Source of the DNA: Lama guanicoe
Taxonomy: Eukaryota
Direction: 5' to 3'
Length of the DNA stretch: 64,000 nucleotides
Assembly: GCA_013239625.1 (NCBI GenBank)
Contig: MU053911.1
Location: 300,132 to 364,131, forward strand
Shown here piece after piece: positions 10,581-25,128 of this stretch. Every line of letters starts with the position of its first letter. Position 1 is the first letter of the stretch. A program made the position numbers and the translations under genes. Below the pieces are notes generated by a model, which saw only the letters and a program-made list of their open reading frames with translations, ran no database searches and had not been told where the DNA came from.

Positions 10581-11551
10581 CGAGGAAATGACTGTGACAA
10601 GGAAGAACAGAAAACAGCATAGCTGAATGGCATGAGCCTCAAAGAGGTCTTTTCATTGAAGGCACAGTTTACCACAGTTGGTCTAACAGGTTGTGAGAGG
10701 CACCTCGGTATTTGACGGCATTTTCTCCCCCTCTTATGCTGGACGCTAGGGGGCGTGTAATGAAAATAAAAACTAATACGGGACGTAGATTTTGGGGAAC
10801 TCCAAATGCATGTTCAGTTACACAATCACTCATTAAAATTTAAAACCAGTTCTTATATGTTCTATATAGTTAGAATGATATTTATGAGAAAGAAAGTAAT
10901 GTCTGTTTAGCAATTATCTGCACTGGCCTCTGGGTACAGATTTCCAAATTGGCCCTGTTCCCTCCAAGTGATTATTCCTCTGAGCTGGCCGCTCATAGCG
11001 TGCCCTCGCTCCTGCCAGTGCTGACTCTGCCTGATACTGGAAATATGTCTCACCTTCACCTCCTCCGCCTGGTGCCTGGCTCAGTGCTGCACATATACAA
11101 GCATATTCAGCAAGACATTTATGATTTACCTTTAAAATAAGCATGTGAGAAGTATTCACTTTAAAAGTAAGTTGAAAATTTATAAAGTAGTGAACATACT
11201 TGAAACAAACAAGGCAATTTCAATCCAAATCTTAAAACAAACATCCTGTCTTGTTTGGTAGAACTACTTTAGCATTGATGATGAAAGACAGGACATCGAT
11301 GACCTAGAAGTTATTTCTACTTGATATATTTCATTCTCTAGAGTCTGTCATTCCCTGTACAAAGTACCTCATCACGCCACTAAATATATGGTACCTGAAC
11401 TTTTCTCAGACTATCTGATTATTAGTGCAATGAAGTAAAATTAGCCACAACCCATCTTTCTTTTCTATGCCCCCTGCTCCCTGCACTTCTGAAGCCAACT
11501 GAAGCCAATCCCTGGCAGATTAGGACTCATGAATGCCATGTATAACGTCAC

Positions 11552-12239
11552 CTGCAAACTCAGGACACCCAGAACAATACCCAATCCTGGAAGAACAGGA
11601 AGGCCCTGCCTCTAGACTGGATGCGCCACACGAGCACACTGAGGCAGCAGCCTTCTCCGAGATGTGCTTTCTCACACAGCACTGTCGCAAGCTGGTCCAC
11701 TTCCGTGCACACGGCTTCTTCTACCAGGGCAAGAAACTGATTAATATCCTTCCAGAGGCAGTAATCCATAGCTCCTTTTTATTTGATCTCATTAAGGAAT
11801 TTCAGGTAATGTATAGTTAGCCTCCCTCATCAGACCATCCACACAAAAAAAGAGAGAATATAGTCACACTGTCTCCTGTAGTCTGCTTGTCGCTTCTCTA
11901 CTTGGAATGTGTCATCTGCTTCTTCCTTTACTCTTTAAGTCCTGGTTGACAAATGTCACAAGCTCTGCCTCATGTGAATTTATCTCTGCCCCCAACCCCC
12001 CACCCCACCTGCCTAATCCGCAGGCCTGATAGCTCATCACACAATTATCCACCCCAAAGAGGCTGTGCTGTCTGTGATTCTCAAGGGAAGTCAGCAGCCT
12101 GGAACACAACAATCTCCAAGTATGCGGATACATTATTTAAGATTGTAAAATATTAATCAAGTAAGAAAACACAGCAAGTCTCACTAATGCCGATGCTGTG
12201 GGCAAGATGGTTCTGGGACAGGACCAGACGTGCAGCAGT
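11552..12239 (-). pseudogene. candidate relic exon(s); RGS-like domain in 11552-11820
   Basis: Strong acceptor (cctcttcctctcctttctcttctgctgcctgcttctAG, 12241-12240), donor AG|GTGACG at 11551. Frame HYLKFLNEIK*KGAMDYCLWKDINQFLALVEEAVCTEVDQLATVLCEKAHLGEGCCLSV…AFLFFQDWVL. Confidence 0.55.
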
Positions 12240-14937
12240 CTAGAAGCAGGCAGCAGAAGAGAAAGGAGAGGAAGAGGTAACAACGTCTGACAGCTTTGCT
12301 TTGTGCCAGACTCCGTCCGTGCAAAAACCAACCTTTCCTACATTTGGGAATGAAGCCTCAGAAAGATTAAATATGTGCTTGCCCAGCAAGGCTCCAAACA
12401 TTGCTCCGTCTAACCCTCATCCACACACCACTGTCTTTCCCTTTATCGCCTGTTAGTACACTGAAGCACACATTTGTGTACTTTTGGAAAATGTGTTCAG
12501 GATCACTTTAGGGATAAATAAAAAAGCTTTGATAAAGAAAGTACCTAGGCCTCCCCTTGGACTTTGTCTCCTCAGGCACTGAGCCAAGCTCAGGAGGTGA
12601 TTTTCCTCATTTCATGATAACCTTGGGAGTGCAGGCTGATGACATCATGGGCGTCTTCCATCCTTGTGCTCTGGCTTGGATTTGCTTCCATCTGAGGCCA
12701 CTAGTAGGTCAAGTTTCCAATCTTCAGACTTCCCATTTTTAGCAATAAAGACCAAGTTTTACAATGTCTATTTTGTTCAAGTTCTTCCCTGAGATAATCC
12801 AACACCTAGCATGTCTGAACGACTAGAATTGCTTAATCCCGCAGATCAAATAAAACAAAAAAGTTCCTCATATTTTTAGGCACAACCTATTAATTTGTTG
12901 GTTTGGGCTCTTTGGAGTTGTTCAAATAAACTATTTATTTGGCCTTAAGTTGGAATACAAGTAAAATCATCTCCAGGATAAAGTTCTTAAGAAATTAAAA
13001 AAAAAGTAAATTTATGACATGATCAAGTACATAAAGTAGAAGTTTAGAATAACATTGACTATATATATGTATATATTTAAAATCAGAGACGTTGTGAAAA
13101 TGTTCAGGTAAGATGCTAACCTGCTTGGTTACTGTTATCATTATGGACCTTGTTCATTTTTCTTGATGTAGTTTAAAGCTTGAACAAATTATTTTTCCAT
13201 TAGAATTGAATGTTAAAATTATTACACATTGGAAAATAAGCATAATACCGATGTGCAGCTAGTTCAGTTTTTACTCACATAAAAAATCTATTTTTTTGCC
13301 TTCTTTTCTTAACTCTTTTTTTTTGTATTTTTTGCTGCCAGTTAGTATTTCTAGTTTATGATGTGAACAAAAAAATAAGATTTAAATTTACAATGTCTTC
13401 TGCCTTGTTAACAGCTTTTGTGAGGTATTTGAACACTTATACAAAAATGAGATTTGGGATATTTAGTGAAAGTAATTAATTCATGTAGTCTTTGCCTCCA
13501 GGTCATTGGATTTGTACAAAGCTGGTTATAAATGTAGAATATTTGCTTGCTATTCTCAAAGGAGTATGGCCCTAATTAACCAAAACATAGTGTTATTATA
13601 CTTTTTGGACACATTTTCCCTATGTATTGAGTTTTTCTTTAGCAATTTTGCAATACTTAGTGTTGCAAATCAAGATAAAAGAAGAGAAATATAGTCTTCT
13701 TTTTCTCCAGTGCATTTCACCTGACAAAGCAGAAATCAGAGCCCCCCAAACAGAAAGGTGGCCACATGCTGGAAAGAAACGTGAGAAACTGAACTGTCAA
13801 ATCGTCTATTTCAAGTGTTCTTCAGCAAACATTGGTCATCAATCATGTTCTAAAACAGAATGAGGGCACAAGAAACATTCAGGGAAAACAGCATTTTTCC
13901 ACATTAATGTTTTCCGTTTTATTTGTGGCACAGTGCCTTATATAGATTGTTGGTGATCATTTTAACCACAAAATTCACCATTCTAAATGCAGACTACTCT
14001 ACTTAAAGTGATCATGTATTGAATATCAGATAGCAAATTGCCCAGGACTATGTTCAGTATCTGAAGAGATGAAGAGGGTAATGTTGCCTTTATGAAAATT
14101 GAATTCTATTTACTAGTTCATTCACTTATTCATTTACTTACTCAGTCCTGAATACAAGAAATATTTTAATCTTTTACTCTGTGCTAGGCTTTTTATTAGG
14201 TATTGAGCATTAGAAAATGAATTAAAATACTATATTTCCTCAAAAAGATCAAATATTCCATTCGCAGTCACTCTCCATCCAAAGGGCTGTGCTGAATGTC
14301 AAGTGAAAAAGTTACCAGAGTTCCAATTATCCATAAAGAACAACTCATTGTTATTCCCACAACATGTCTAGCTTAATCAGCACTCAAGTCTTAAAGCTGT
14401 CAGGCAATATTAATTTCAGTGAGATCTAGAAAGAAGCACAGACCTAAAAATCCTGCTTGAATATAAAGAACCTCTCTGTCTCCCTACTTCACTATTGGAA
14501 ATGCTTTGTTATTGTTGGAAAATGACTTAACCTCATAGAAAACAAATGTCTGTTGCCATCATGGAGCCCAGCTAAACTTTCCATTAATTCCCTACTTCGG
14601 GCCATTAGTAAAATTAAGAGAAAAAGGATAAAGGTGAGTTGAAGAGAGCTGGGTTTTCATTTTCTGGTCACTAAAAAAAAAAAAAACAAAAAACAACCTT
14701 GTGTTTTTATAAGAGACTATTTATAACTTATATGGCTATTTTGAAGGTAGGATTTAACTTGCAACCATGACAGCCAACATCAAGTTTTCATGTTGGGTGT
14801 GTAAAGGAAATGGCTTTTGTAGTGCTGTAGATTTTTATTTTCAGGCTATAACGTATAATTTTTTGATATTTAACTGTTATTTTAAACACGTTTAGGTTTC
14901 CAGAAGAAATGCCTTATCACTACAAAGGGTAATTTAC

Positions 14938-15067
14938 CTCCATTTTTTCCTTTTGTTATTTTTCTTGAAATGGTTTTTGATGGATGAAAATGATTAAATA
15001 GCCTATTTAGTTGTAGTTGCACTACTAAATTGTATGAAGCATTCTTTTTAAAAAGTTCTGTCCTCAC
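14938..15067 (-). pseudogene. candidate relic exon (RGS C-terminal helices)
   Basis: Acceptor attcccccAG, donor AG|GTAAAT, open frame VRTELFKKNASYNLVVQLQLNRLFNHFHPSK…. Confidence 0.4.
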
Positions 15068-15149
15068 CTGGGGGAATGATGTCAATTTCTAATTATTGCC
15101 TAAAAAGGAAAGAGTAATGATACTTGAAAACTTCTGTTCCTAGACTGGT

Positions 15150-17110
15150 AAACAGCTTTACCAGGTGTCTAAATCTAACTCTGAAACGAAATCAAATGAA
15201 TAAAAACAGTTTTATTGAAGGATTATGGGAAGATGACAAACAGTAACAGGGTAAGAGTGAGGACAGAAGCAAGCACCTATAAGCAACACCTACAGAAAAC
15301 CTAGGTGACGAGAGTTTCTCCTGAGCCTAAGAACACAAACGGCCCACAGCTACACCGCCTTTCAGTGGCATCGTCTACATGGGTAAAGGCAGAAAAAGGA
15401 ATCTGTGCTTCTAATGGCCTTGAGAACAGCAGAATGATAAAATTGCCAGGAGGCACAACAAATCAATCTGAAAACACAGACAACTGTGGAAGGGGCTTCA
15501 ATAGTATGCAAATTCCAAGTTTGTGCACAGGGACAATAAAGGATATCTGATGTTGCTGGAGCACGTGGACTTTAGAAACTATCAAATGTAATCTCTTTTC
15601 CAAGAGAACAGAAACTGCTGGGGTTGAACGCAGATTGATCAAGGTAGGGATAATGGTCAAAGGAGAGAATTTCAGATAAAAGTGTTGCAGTGGGAATCAA
15701 ATTTCACAAAAGCATTGTGTCGTGTTTTAGCACTTCCTCAAGTAAAACTTAAGACAGGGAGCTCTTGAAACATAAAGGTAGAAATGATGTCTGGGTCCAT
15801 TCGTCCCTTCTGAAAGTAGAGGAAAACTCATTTCATTGAAACAATGGTCCACAGAAATGGATTTCAGTTAAGTCCCATATAAATTTATTATATAAGGAAA
15901 AGAGAATGAGTAGAATAATTTTTTTTTGGCAGACAAAGCAGAAAAGCATATTTTTTTAAATAGTGAAAACTGTAACCTAGTATTTTTAAGTGATCCCAAA
16001 GAACTCAAGAAAATATTAAAAGTTACTTAAAAACATGAAAAATAACTAGAAAAACTCATAATAATCTGCTTGAAGAAAAAGGAGACTTGAGAAAGGTGGT
16101 AAAAAATTAGAAAAGTACCTAGAAAGAAATAAAAATAAATTTCAGAAGTGAAAATTGAACTACAAGTCACTTGAAATGAAATACAGCAGATAATGCCTAA
16201 AGAGACATATGAAGAGAAGGAAAGTTTTTAAAACTGAAAATAAAGAGTTTGATAAAAGTGCTAAAAATAAAAGATAGACAAACAAGGTCTAGCATGTGTC
16301 CAATACAAGACTCCGGAGAAGAAAAATAAAACAGTTATTAAGGATAAATGCTAAAAATTGTAATTCAAGAAAACTTACCAAAAATAAAAGAGAATTTGAA
16401 AACTCACATTGAAAGGACACCCTGTATTCCTGGGATATTTGTCTATTAGTGCCAACACTGAGAAATGCTATGGTAAAATAATTAAACTTCAAAGAGAAAC
16501 CAAACAGAATCCTTTGGTATTTTTTTTTTACATTTTTATTGATTCATAATCATTTTACAGTGTTGTGTCAAATTCCAGTGTTCAGTACAATTTTTCAGTC
16601 ATACATGGACATATACACACTCATTGTCACATTTTTTTCTCTGTGATTTATCATAACATTTTGTGTATATTTCCCTGTGCTGTAAGAATCCTTTGGTATT
16701 GTAGGTAAAAAAGACCAAACTAGTCAAATATGAAAGAAAATCATATTGTTACCATTCTTTTTAACATCAAATCCAGAATTCAATGGTGCAGCATATTTAA
16801 GATACTCATAGAAAGAAATTGTGTGCTTTGGTTTTATATTTAGACCAACTGTTAGGAAAGAAGTGTTATGAAATTGCAAATATCATTACATAAGTAACCA
16901 AGATGCTGTGCTGCTGGCATAAACACAGATACATTAAACAATGGGACAGAATAGAATGCCCCCAAATTACCCTTTGTATGTATGCAGAATGTATAGACAG
17001 GATGCTAAGACTACAAAAGGGGAAAGGACAGTTTCAGTAACAGATGGTGCTGGGAAACTGGACACCTACCAGCAAAAGAATGAAGCTGGAATCTTACCTG
17101 CATCTGATGC
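15150..17110 (+). mobile_element. old degraded L1 (5' region/ORF1 and ORF2 pieces)
   Basis: A-rich ORF1-like stretch, then gtgctgctggcataaacacagatac…aatgggacagaataga…aaaggacagttt ORF2-like piece. Confidence 0.65.
16522..16684 (-). mobile_element. short young L1 3'-end insertion
   Basis: Poly(T) plus L1 3' UTR. Perfect 16-bp TSD AGAATCCTTTGGTATT at 16506-16521 and 16685-16700. Confidence 0.93.
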
Positions 17111-17699
17111 GGAAATGTGGTGGTCAAAGGAGGTGATGACAGAGCAAAAAGGTAACTTTAGTGGAATGGAGGTGGTGAAGGTGATTTAAAAAACCTCTAA
17201 GAGTCAAAGATTTAGACTGATTTCAGACTTTGCAATTGACGATGGAATAAAACACCCTGGATCACTGAAAAAGCATTGGAGATACCAGAATATTTTTCTC
17301 CTGGGTCCTTCCTCAGGAATCTACAAGTGGTCAAGTTTCAGACAAATGACATGACTTGAGAGACTACAATATAAAATCTGTTAGATTTTGTATAAAATAC
17401 TTGATATGCCAAAGACGACTTCTTCATGTTAAGCAAGCAAGGCTTCAAAGGTGAGATGTGATTGTACAACATGCATAAAGTATCAAAGTAACACCTTTTA
17501 CTTGGTCAGTGAGAATGTGACAGCAGGAAACAGCTGAGGTGTTTGGTGCTGCAACATCTGAGGCAAGCAGGCATGTATGGAGCTTAATAAGACACCAACG
17601 AAAATGCTTCAGACCGTTTCAGAGCAGGTCTGCTAAATCCATGGTCATTTATTCAGGATGATATTGGCAATAGCATTAGTATTTATTTCCACTAATGCT

Positions 17700-18560
17700 T
17701 ATGATGTCCAAACCTGTGATTCCAGGTTAAACCTCTCTCCTAACCTCTAGATGCACATACTCCAAGTCTCTATAACATTTCCACTGAATATCCTACAGTT
17801 GTCTCAACCACAGCATATTCAAATTTATTTTCACGTCTTGTCCAATGTTCATTTTCTCCCAAAATCTGCTGCCTTCCTATTTTTTTCTAGTCTGGTCAAT
17901 TACCACCTAAGCTTCCATATTTTTAAAGACAAATGCATGTTAACAGAGTTTCAAGAGCACTTCCTTAGCATCTGTAAGATCTAGTTCTTCCTCTATGCAT
18001 TATTTTCTGCGTTACAACAAAATATCTCTTCCTAGTCTCATCATTGTCAACAAACCACTAGAATGATCCTTCTAAAACCAAAGATGATCACATACTCTTC
18101 TGCTTAAGAGTATTTAAGAGCTCCTTATTATGAGATAAACTCCAAGTCCTATTTAGTAATTATAATCATGTAAGAGAAAATAGCCCTTTCCTATGTGTTA
18201 ATTTCATGTCAACACAGCACCTCAGCTGCTTGATGGTTCAATCATTTTGACCTATATACTGTTCTGTTTAGTTTATGCAGGCTGCTGCACAAATCATTCT
18301 TACGATGTTACTGCCTCTGAAATACACAAAAGATTTCTCCTCTTTATTCCATCAAGTGACCTTGGCTCAGTCATTTACTCTTCACTGTTGACAGAGGAGA
18401 ACAGACTGCACCCCGCTTCCTCTGGATTCATCTCTACACTGAGCACACACTTCCAATGTTACACTGTATCCCTATCATACTGAATGACATACCCTTCTCT
18501 TTTTTGCACAATTCTCTTAAACTAAAGCAGTAAGAACCTCAGGACAGGGTCTTATTTTAT
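17700..18560 (+). mobile_element. degraded L2 fragments
   Basis: aacctctctcctaacctctagatgcacatactccaa…atttccactgaatatcc…gatcacatactcttctgcttaag…taaactccaagtcct, L2-type motifs. Confidence 0.6.
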
Positions 18561-18579
18561 GTTACTTCCAGTATAATAC

Positions 18580-19100
18580 TGCAATAAAAAAGAACAAATC
18601 CAACTCCATATTAGCTCTGTTCCTTTGGCTCTAACACTGTGCTCTGTTTCGTGGGATCAGTCATGCTGGTTCTGCACCTTTTGTAAAAGAATATTGCCTA
18701 AAGCCTGAAATATACAGGAAAGCCCGTCCTCCAGGCTCTGACCTTTAAGGGGATAACACTTTTCCGTACATATAAAGATAAAAATTTGCTGAATAGAAAA
18801 TAACATTTGTTTTGTTGGAGGTTTACAGGGACATCATGAACTGCCACATATGGACAGCTGCAAGAACAAAGAATTCTGGCACCAAGAAGTTTGCAGAAAC
18901 CAACCACACCCCCTCCCACTTTCAGTGTAAAAGGAGCCTGAATTCTGACTTGTGGAAGATGGTTCTCCAGGACATAAGTCCCCCATCTTCCCAGTCTGCT
19001 GGCTTTCTGAATAAAGTCATTATACCTTGCTCCAACACCTCATATCCTGATTTATTGGCCTGTAATTGCTTCAAGCAGAATGAGTTTGGACTCAGTAACA
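18580..19100 (+). mobile_element. solo ERV1-class LTR
   Basis: TG…CA ends, AATAAA near 19010, perfect 4-bp TSD ATAC (18576-18579, 19101-19104). Confidence 0.9.
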
Positions 19101-19337
19101 ATACCTATATATATTCCACTATATGTAAAGTTTGAAACCACAAAAAATAACATTGAAATTGGATAATTCTGAATAATTTTTACGTTGGGGTGCCTACTTA
19201 TATTTTTGAGCCTGCTTGAAATATTTTTCAATATATTGTAAAATATATTGAATATATCAATATATTGTAAAAGAATGGTGAATAAAACTATATTCAAGTG
19301 CTAATGTAACACAGATGTTATTGGTTAGCATTATAAC

Positions 19338-19435
19338 TTCATGGATCTTCTCCCTGCGATACATGCCTAACCATGTGAAATGCCATAACTGAACCGTTGC
19401 AGTCTGTACATCACTATGGTGAATAAGATCCTTGA
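19338..19435 (-). pseudogene. candidate relic exon (RGS C-terminal helices)
   Basis: Acceptor tgtatttttttttaAG. Open frame KDLIHHSDVQTATVQLWHFTWLGMYRREKIHE has the same Q…W spacing as the RGS22 EIQKHVQNRLENVWLPLF segment (recalled). Donor weak. Confidence 0.45.
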
Positions 19436-20342
19436 CTTAAAAAAAATACAAAATTACAGCATCTTTTTGGATAGTCTTTAAAGAAGAGGCATTTCTAGTA
19501 ACATAATAATAATAGCAACTACTACTTCCACTTTTATACTTACCTCATACCTATGAGTGTTTGATCAGTGTTTTATAGGAGACTGAACATATTGAGGGCT
19601 GTAAGAAAGAGTTGATTACTATAAGAAGTGCGTGTATCTGTGTGAGTTTGTGTGGCCATAATACTGACTTCTGAACATATGCTAAGCACACACAGACACC
19701 ATCATCTCTGATAATAAACTCTTGCATTCAATGTGTGTAAAGTTAAAAATGACAAAGTTATTTTAAAACTGTCCTCCTGTAAAACCCCTACATTATTTGC
19801 TCTTTTGAATTTAGGCAGCAAAGTCCTGTATAAATGTAAATATTATTTGAACACCATGAAACATTAAGTCCTTGTTGGCCATTATCATTTTAACTTAAAT
19901 TTCACTATCTAATTGGTGTAGTAGGGGCAAAGTGTGATGTATATTGCTAGGCCCATGAGTTTTTTTGAGCAACTTAAGCCACAGGCTCTTGTTCATGGAT
20001 TTTGTTAGGTGTTCATTCTAAGAGCTGGGTAGTAAGGCTTTTCTGTCCAATACACCTGCATAGGCTGGCCCCTTTTGGCCCCAGGAGCCAACTCAACACA
20101 GCAGATTGCTGTTTGGAACACCTGGAGACCTTTGTGAGAAAACACCAGTGTTGGGTTGCTCTGGGATTTACTTTTCCCCCATCTAACTCCAGAAGACGAG
20201 TGATTCTACAGCCAGGAGAAATGAGAAGACTTTCATGGGAAAGACAAGAACCGCATCTTTACTATCTCATTGTATCCACATCACGTGGGGCGCGACACCC
20301 CACAGTTGTTTGGTGACTGTGCTGATGGATGCCACCACCTAC

Positions 20343-20485
20343 CTTCAGACATTGCTCTGCAGCTTCAACTTCAATAAGTAATTTCCAATATTTTGCTTCA
20401 AATTCATCTGGTATAATTAGGAGGAATTGTCTTATCTCGGGTGTCTCTTTTTCCCCACAAATGAAGAAGACACTTAATAAACTCA
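20343..20485 (-). pseudogene. candidate relic exon (RGS helices 3-4)
   Basis: Strong acceptor (tgttttcttatcttttatttctcatctttgtatAG) and donor AAG|GTAGGT. Fully open frame SLLSVFFICGEKETPEIRQFLLIIPDEFEAKYWKLLIEVEAAEQCLK aligns without gaps to RGS22 FKKFIKGTLGERYWWLWMDIE (recalled). Confidence 0.6.
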
Positions 20486-22479
20486 CTATACAAAGATGAG
20501 AAATAAAAGATAAGAAAACAGACTTTGAGTAGTAATATACTAAGTAACCTCAAATATTTACATGCTAGAGGCTAAAAAGCATTGCCAGTTATCTAATACA
20601 TATGCTTTTATTCCATAAAAGGAATAAATCTAAACTGGAGGAATATGCAGTTTTCCTATTAAACATGGTAGAATGTTTCTCATTTTTAATAGGAGAAATA
20701 ACTGTGGCCTGTAACAAATGGGCTTTGGGATTCGTTTGGCCTAAATTCCACTTTGGCTCTGCCACCAGTGTCCTGCATGAGTTAAAGAAGCGCCCAGTGT
20801 TTGGACTTCTCAGAGTGTGTGAAGTTGCTTAGCACATGGCAAGTTTCAAGATTTTTGTCTTTCTTTTTCTCGGCAAGTAGCAGGACATTGGATATTGGAC
20901 CACAGAAGAGGAAAGACTCTAGATGACACCATGAGAACAGGCACTGCTTAGGGAGAAAAATACAAACAGAAAAGTGCTCTGGGCAGTTGTTCATGCTTCA
21001 CTGGCCTACGAAGAGGGCTAGAGACAGGAAAGGAGATGCCTTAATAACACATACAAAATAAGTTTCTTTCTGTCTCTCAAGTGGCGTGGGAGTAGATGGC
21101 AGCTTGTCATCAATTTTGCAGGGCACCTGAGATGATCTGACTACAAATATAGATTGTGTGGAATGAAAAATATCTCCTTTGTGGATTACTAACTGTGTTT
21201 AGAAGCTGGCACATTAGGGTGCCGTCTCCTTAGAGGCTCCAAGACTGGGTGTGAGGTAGGGCTGCCTTCTCTCTGCTGTCTGCAGATATGGGCTATCTGC
21301 TCCAAGGTGGGTCCCAGCAGGGTTCATTTGTTTAAGGACAGTGATATTTTCCACTGCCCATTTGTTAGGATATAGGAGGTGTGAAGGTAGTGATCATGAT
21401 GTGTCTGTACCCACTGCATCCACTGGCCCACACATCATGGAAACTTGAAGAGGTGGTCGGAAGCTGTTGTGATCGTGGTGAGGACTCGCTCTAGAGGTCA
21501 TTTGGGGTGACCCCGATGCTGACTGTCACCAGCTTGGCCATGTTATTTAGTTTTTCTGGGCTTTAGTTTCCCCTTTTTTAAACTTGAGAATAAAAGCAAC
21601 CCCCATCTCATGGGGACATTTGGAGGGTTCAGTGTGACGTTAGCATACAAGTCATTTAAAGTTGTTCATCTTTCTGCCATATGCAACCTGAGTCCTGTAG
21701 CAAGTAACACAGCAGGACTGTATTTCCATAAGTAACCTTATCTTCTCTGCTGTTATGCTGAGAAGAACTGGTTCATTTCACACATAATCTGCAACTTGTG
21801 GTTGAGCTTCAATACTAACACCCACACATACTGGACAAAGGAAACAGGATAGACACTTTTGTCTGTTTATTTCCACTGATTTTATAGAGTTGTATTTTGA
21901 ACTTCTTAGTGACATTGTTATAGGTCTGTGCCACATACCCTGTGGTGAATGAGAAACCATTTTTATAGTTGTCATTACAATGAAACTCCTATTTGCAGTA
22001 AGAGTAATTTTATTGTTCTTTCCATGTAAAATTGGATAGATCATTGTAAAATAACACATTTTTTTCTTAGAGATGAGATAGAAAAATAAAATGGTAATAA
22101 TGTGTTTAATTTGTAAGTAAAACCTACGTATACAACTTACTTCATTTTGTTCCTATCACAGACAATAAAAATTTATCACGTTTTTACAGATTATTAACAA
22201 ATCCCAGTTATTTCCTGTTTATTCATTTGTCCTGTACATGAAATTCCTTTTCTTTCCCATGTTGGAGACTAAATTGTGATGACCAAATAGAAAAATATAA
22301 AAATCCACTAGAAGATTAATTTGCTACAAGTCTCCTGAGACATCAGTCATAGATTCCTGGTCATGTAGATGACCAGGTTGTCAATAGGCAGAAGTTATGA
22401 AGAATGATGACAATAACATAAGCTATTTTCCTGTGTAAATTCTCAGTCCAGCTTTTTCTTCTTGTTTTCTCACATCATT

Positions 22480-23100
22480 CAACTCACTAGAGATTTATTA
22501 CTTGTTATATGAGAAGAAATAGAATATTTTAGCTATAAAATGAATAAGCCAAATTTTTTACCCTCAAGATATTTGCAACAGAATGAGAAAGGTTGATAGA
22601 ACACTGCAGTGTGGTGCAGTTTGATGAATACTGCATAACGCAACGACAGAGACCTGACAACAAAGTGCTACGGGGAACAGGGGAGAACTCATGACCGCTG
22701 AGCTTGGCTGCTGGAGACAAACAGAAAATGTCCAGAGAGAAGGTAACACCGCTGCCGACCTCGGGAATTAAGCAGGAGGCATCCAGTGGAAAAGAGGTGG
22801 GTGGTTCCACGAGACCATGTGCAAAGGCAAAGGGGTAGAAAAGTTTTGGGAGATAAAAAGGATTTGGGTTGAAAGGAATACAGAATGTGTGACAAGGATT
22901 ACTGAGAGAACATTTTAGAGTAAAAAATTGCGGCCATATAGTTAGAATCTTTACATTTAATATAAGAAACTTGGACATGCTCATGGAAGCATTAGGGAGC
23001 CATTGGAAAATGTAAAAGGGAGTGTGGTGCTCAGAATTCTGTCTGAAAAACAAAATCAAAGCAAATAATAAAACTGAGGGCATTAGGACATAGGAGAATG
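22480..23100 (-). mobile_element. degraded L2
   Basis: tcattcaactcact…atttatta…ccctcaag…atgtgcaaaggc…gggagccattggaaaatgt, reverse L2 3' pattern. Confidence 0.65.
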
Positions 23101-25128
23101 TAGACACAAATGGATCGAGCATAAAGGTTGGAAACACATCTGACCAAATTGCTGAGTTGAGGCATGCTCAGCAGAGTCCGTAAGTCCGCATGTTTTACAG
23201 AGAGCCTAACGCTCCTGAGTTGCTGTTATTCACCTGAGCTAGACTCGCTGCTGTTTTACGCACACAAGCACAGGCAGACAAAACAGACCCACCGCAAGTT
23301 TCAGTTTTGTGCAAGTAGTCTTCCAGTCTTCAGTCTTTTTAAGATGGCAAGAGCACTGTCAGTACATGATATATAATATAATGTAATATAACAATGATTG
23401 TTAAATCCATGTAGAGTATAAGGAAAATTATATATATATTCTTTATTTACAACTAACTCACAAACTGGTTTTATAAGTGGTAATTAATGTTCAGAAATAT
23501 CTCTCAAATTTTTATAGTTATTTTTAAAATTAAATGTACCTTAATACACCTACCTGCAGAAAATTATTTAAAAATATAAAGCAATTTTTGAAACAACAAG
23601 AAAAACATGCATATTTCACTATGGGAAGATTTTAATTTAATTCAAGATCTTAAATCCATGACATTTAAGTGACATCAAACTTAGCCTTATGTGTGTGTGA
23701 ACACTTACTCATTGCAATCCAGAAAGTTGCTTTAGAATTAGACTAAAAGTAAAATTGTTTGGGATAGATTATTCTTTCTTTTATGTAGTAAAATCATAAT
23801 GTCTAGAATACTATGTGCGTCCAATGTTCAAATCATGTTTCTGAAATCTACCATTAAAAGTTATTAAAAAGTGAAGGTTAAGGTAATGGTTTTGAAAGGT
23901 AGAATATAGATAAAATGGAAATATAAGATTTTTTAGGGAGAAACAAAATAAGGCACATCTTGTATTTAGAAAGCAAAAGGTAGAAAACATTTTGCATAAA
24001 ACAGTTTATAACATCATATAAGCAAGTATTTTGTACATTTATAAGATTTTCCATTGAGTTATTTAGCAAATCAGTTTGATTTTTCAAAAGAAACATGACT
24101 TTTAAATTTTAGGTATTGATGTAGCAAGACATACAAACTATTTTGAGGCAAATCGGTTTCATTCAAACAAAACAGACTTTCAAATCACCAGCTATTTAAT
24201 TGTGTTGTCAAGCGAATAGTTTTGACTCCTTTGAAACGTTTCCATTTCTAACAGCGTTTTATGCATATGCTCATTCATTTGCACACTCATTTCAAAGCTG
24301 CGTGTAGAGCATTTGTTATCTGCCAGGGACTGCAGGGCTCATCGGATGCGTCACTGAGCAGGACCAGCTCGGACTCTCCCCACAGATGTGTGAGGGAGCC
24401 TGGCATTACCATGAGGGAAACAGCATGGATGAGAACATTGTGACACATGTATTATAGAATGGGAAGAAGGTGGTGTAATTAAGCACAGTTTGTGGAGACC
24501 CGCAGAATAGGAAACTAGAAGCTAAAGTTAGAGTCATTCGCTTGTATTAATTGGATGGACTTTATGTCCCAGTCACTGTGCTGAAATCACAGCATGGCTC
24601 CATGAGGTTATTTTATTGGCCCTGAGAGACCTGTGGGCAGCTTGGACTGGAACGGTGGTGGTGGACAGAGATGTGGGAAACAGAGGGGGAAACCAAATTG
24701 TGACTGTGGTCTAGAATAAGAAATGGTTTTACATTTCAACCGAATGTGTGCATCCAGATGTAAATCTATAATCAAAGTATATGTTTGTGACTTAAATTTG
24801 ACTCTGATCTCTTTCAGCTTTAGTATATTACTTTTCATTATAGGAAAAAAATGACCCATTTGATTTATATCAGACTTGAGACCTGCAGTGTGGAAATACT
24901 GGATAGATTATTATGAACGATAATAAAATCTTTTTTTAATCTTTTAAAATATTTATTTATTTATTTTACAATATCATATTTTTAGAATTGAAGTATAGTT
25001 GATGTACAATATTGTATGTTATGGATTTACAGTATAATGCTTCACAGACTTTTAATTTACTGGTTAAGGAAGTAGGGGTGATGAGAGAACTGTATCAAGC
25101 CTGGCGCTAAAGAATTTTACAAGATAGC

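Noticed and set aside
8215..19100. LTRs as ends of a provirus
   Set aside because: Different families and orientations, the 18580 LTR has its own TSD, and no gag/pol sequence lies between them.
22529..23137. 202-aa ORF, the longest in the track
   Set aside because: Lies within a degraded L2 element; no recognisable domain.
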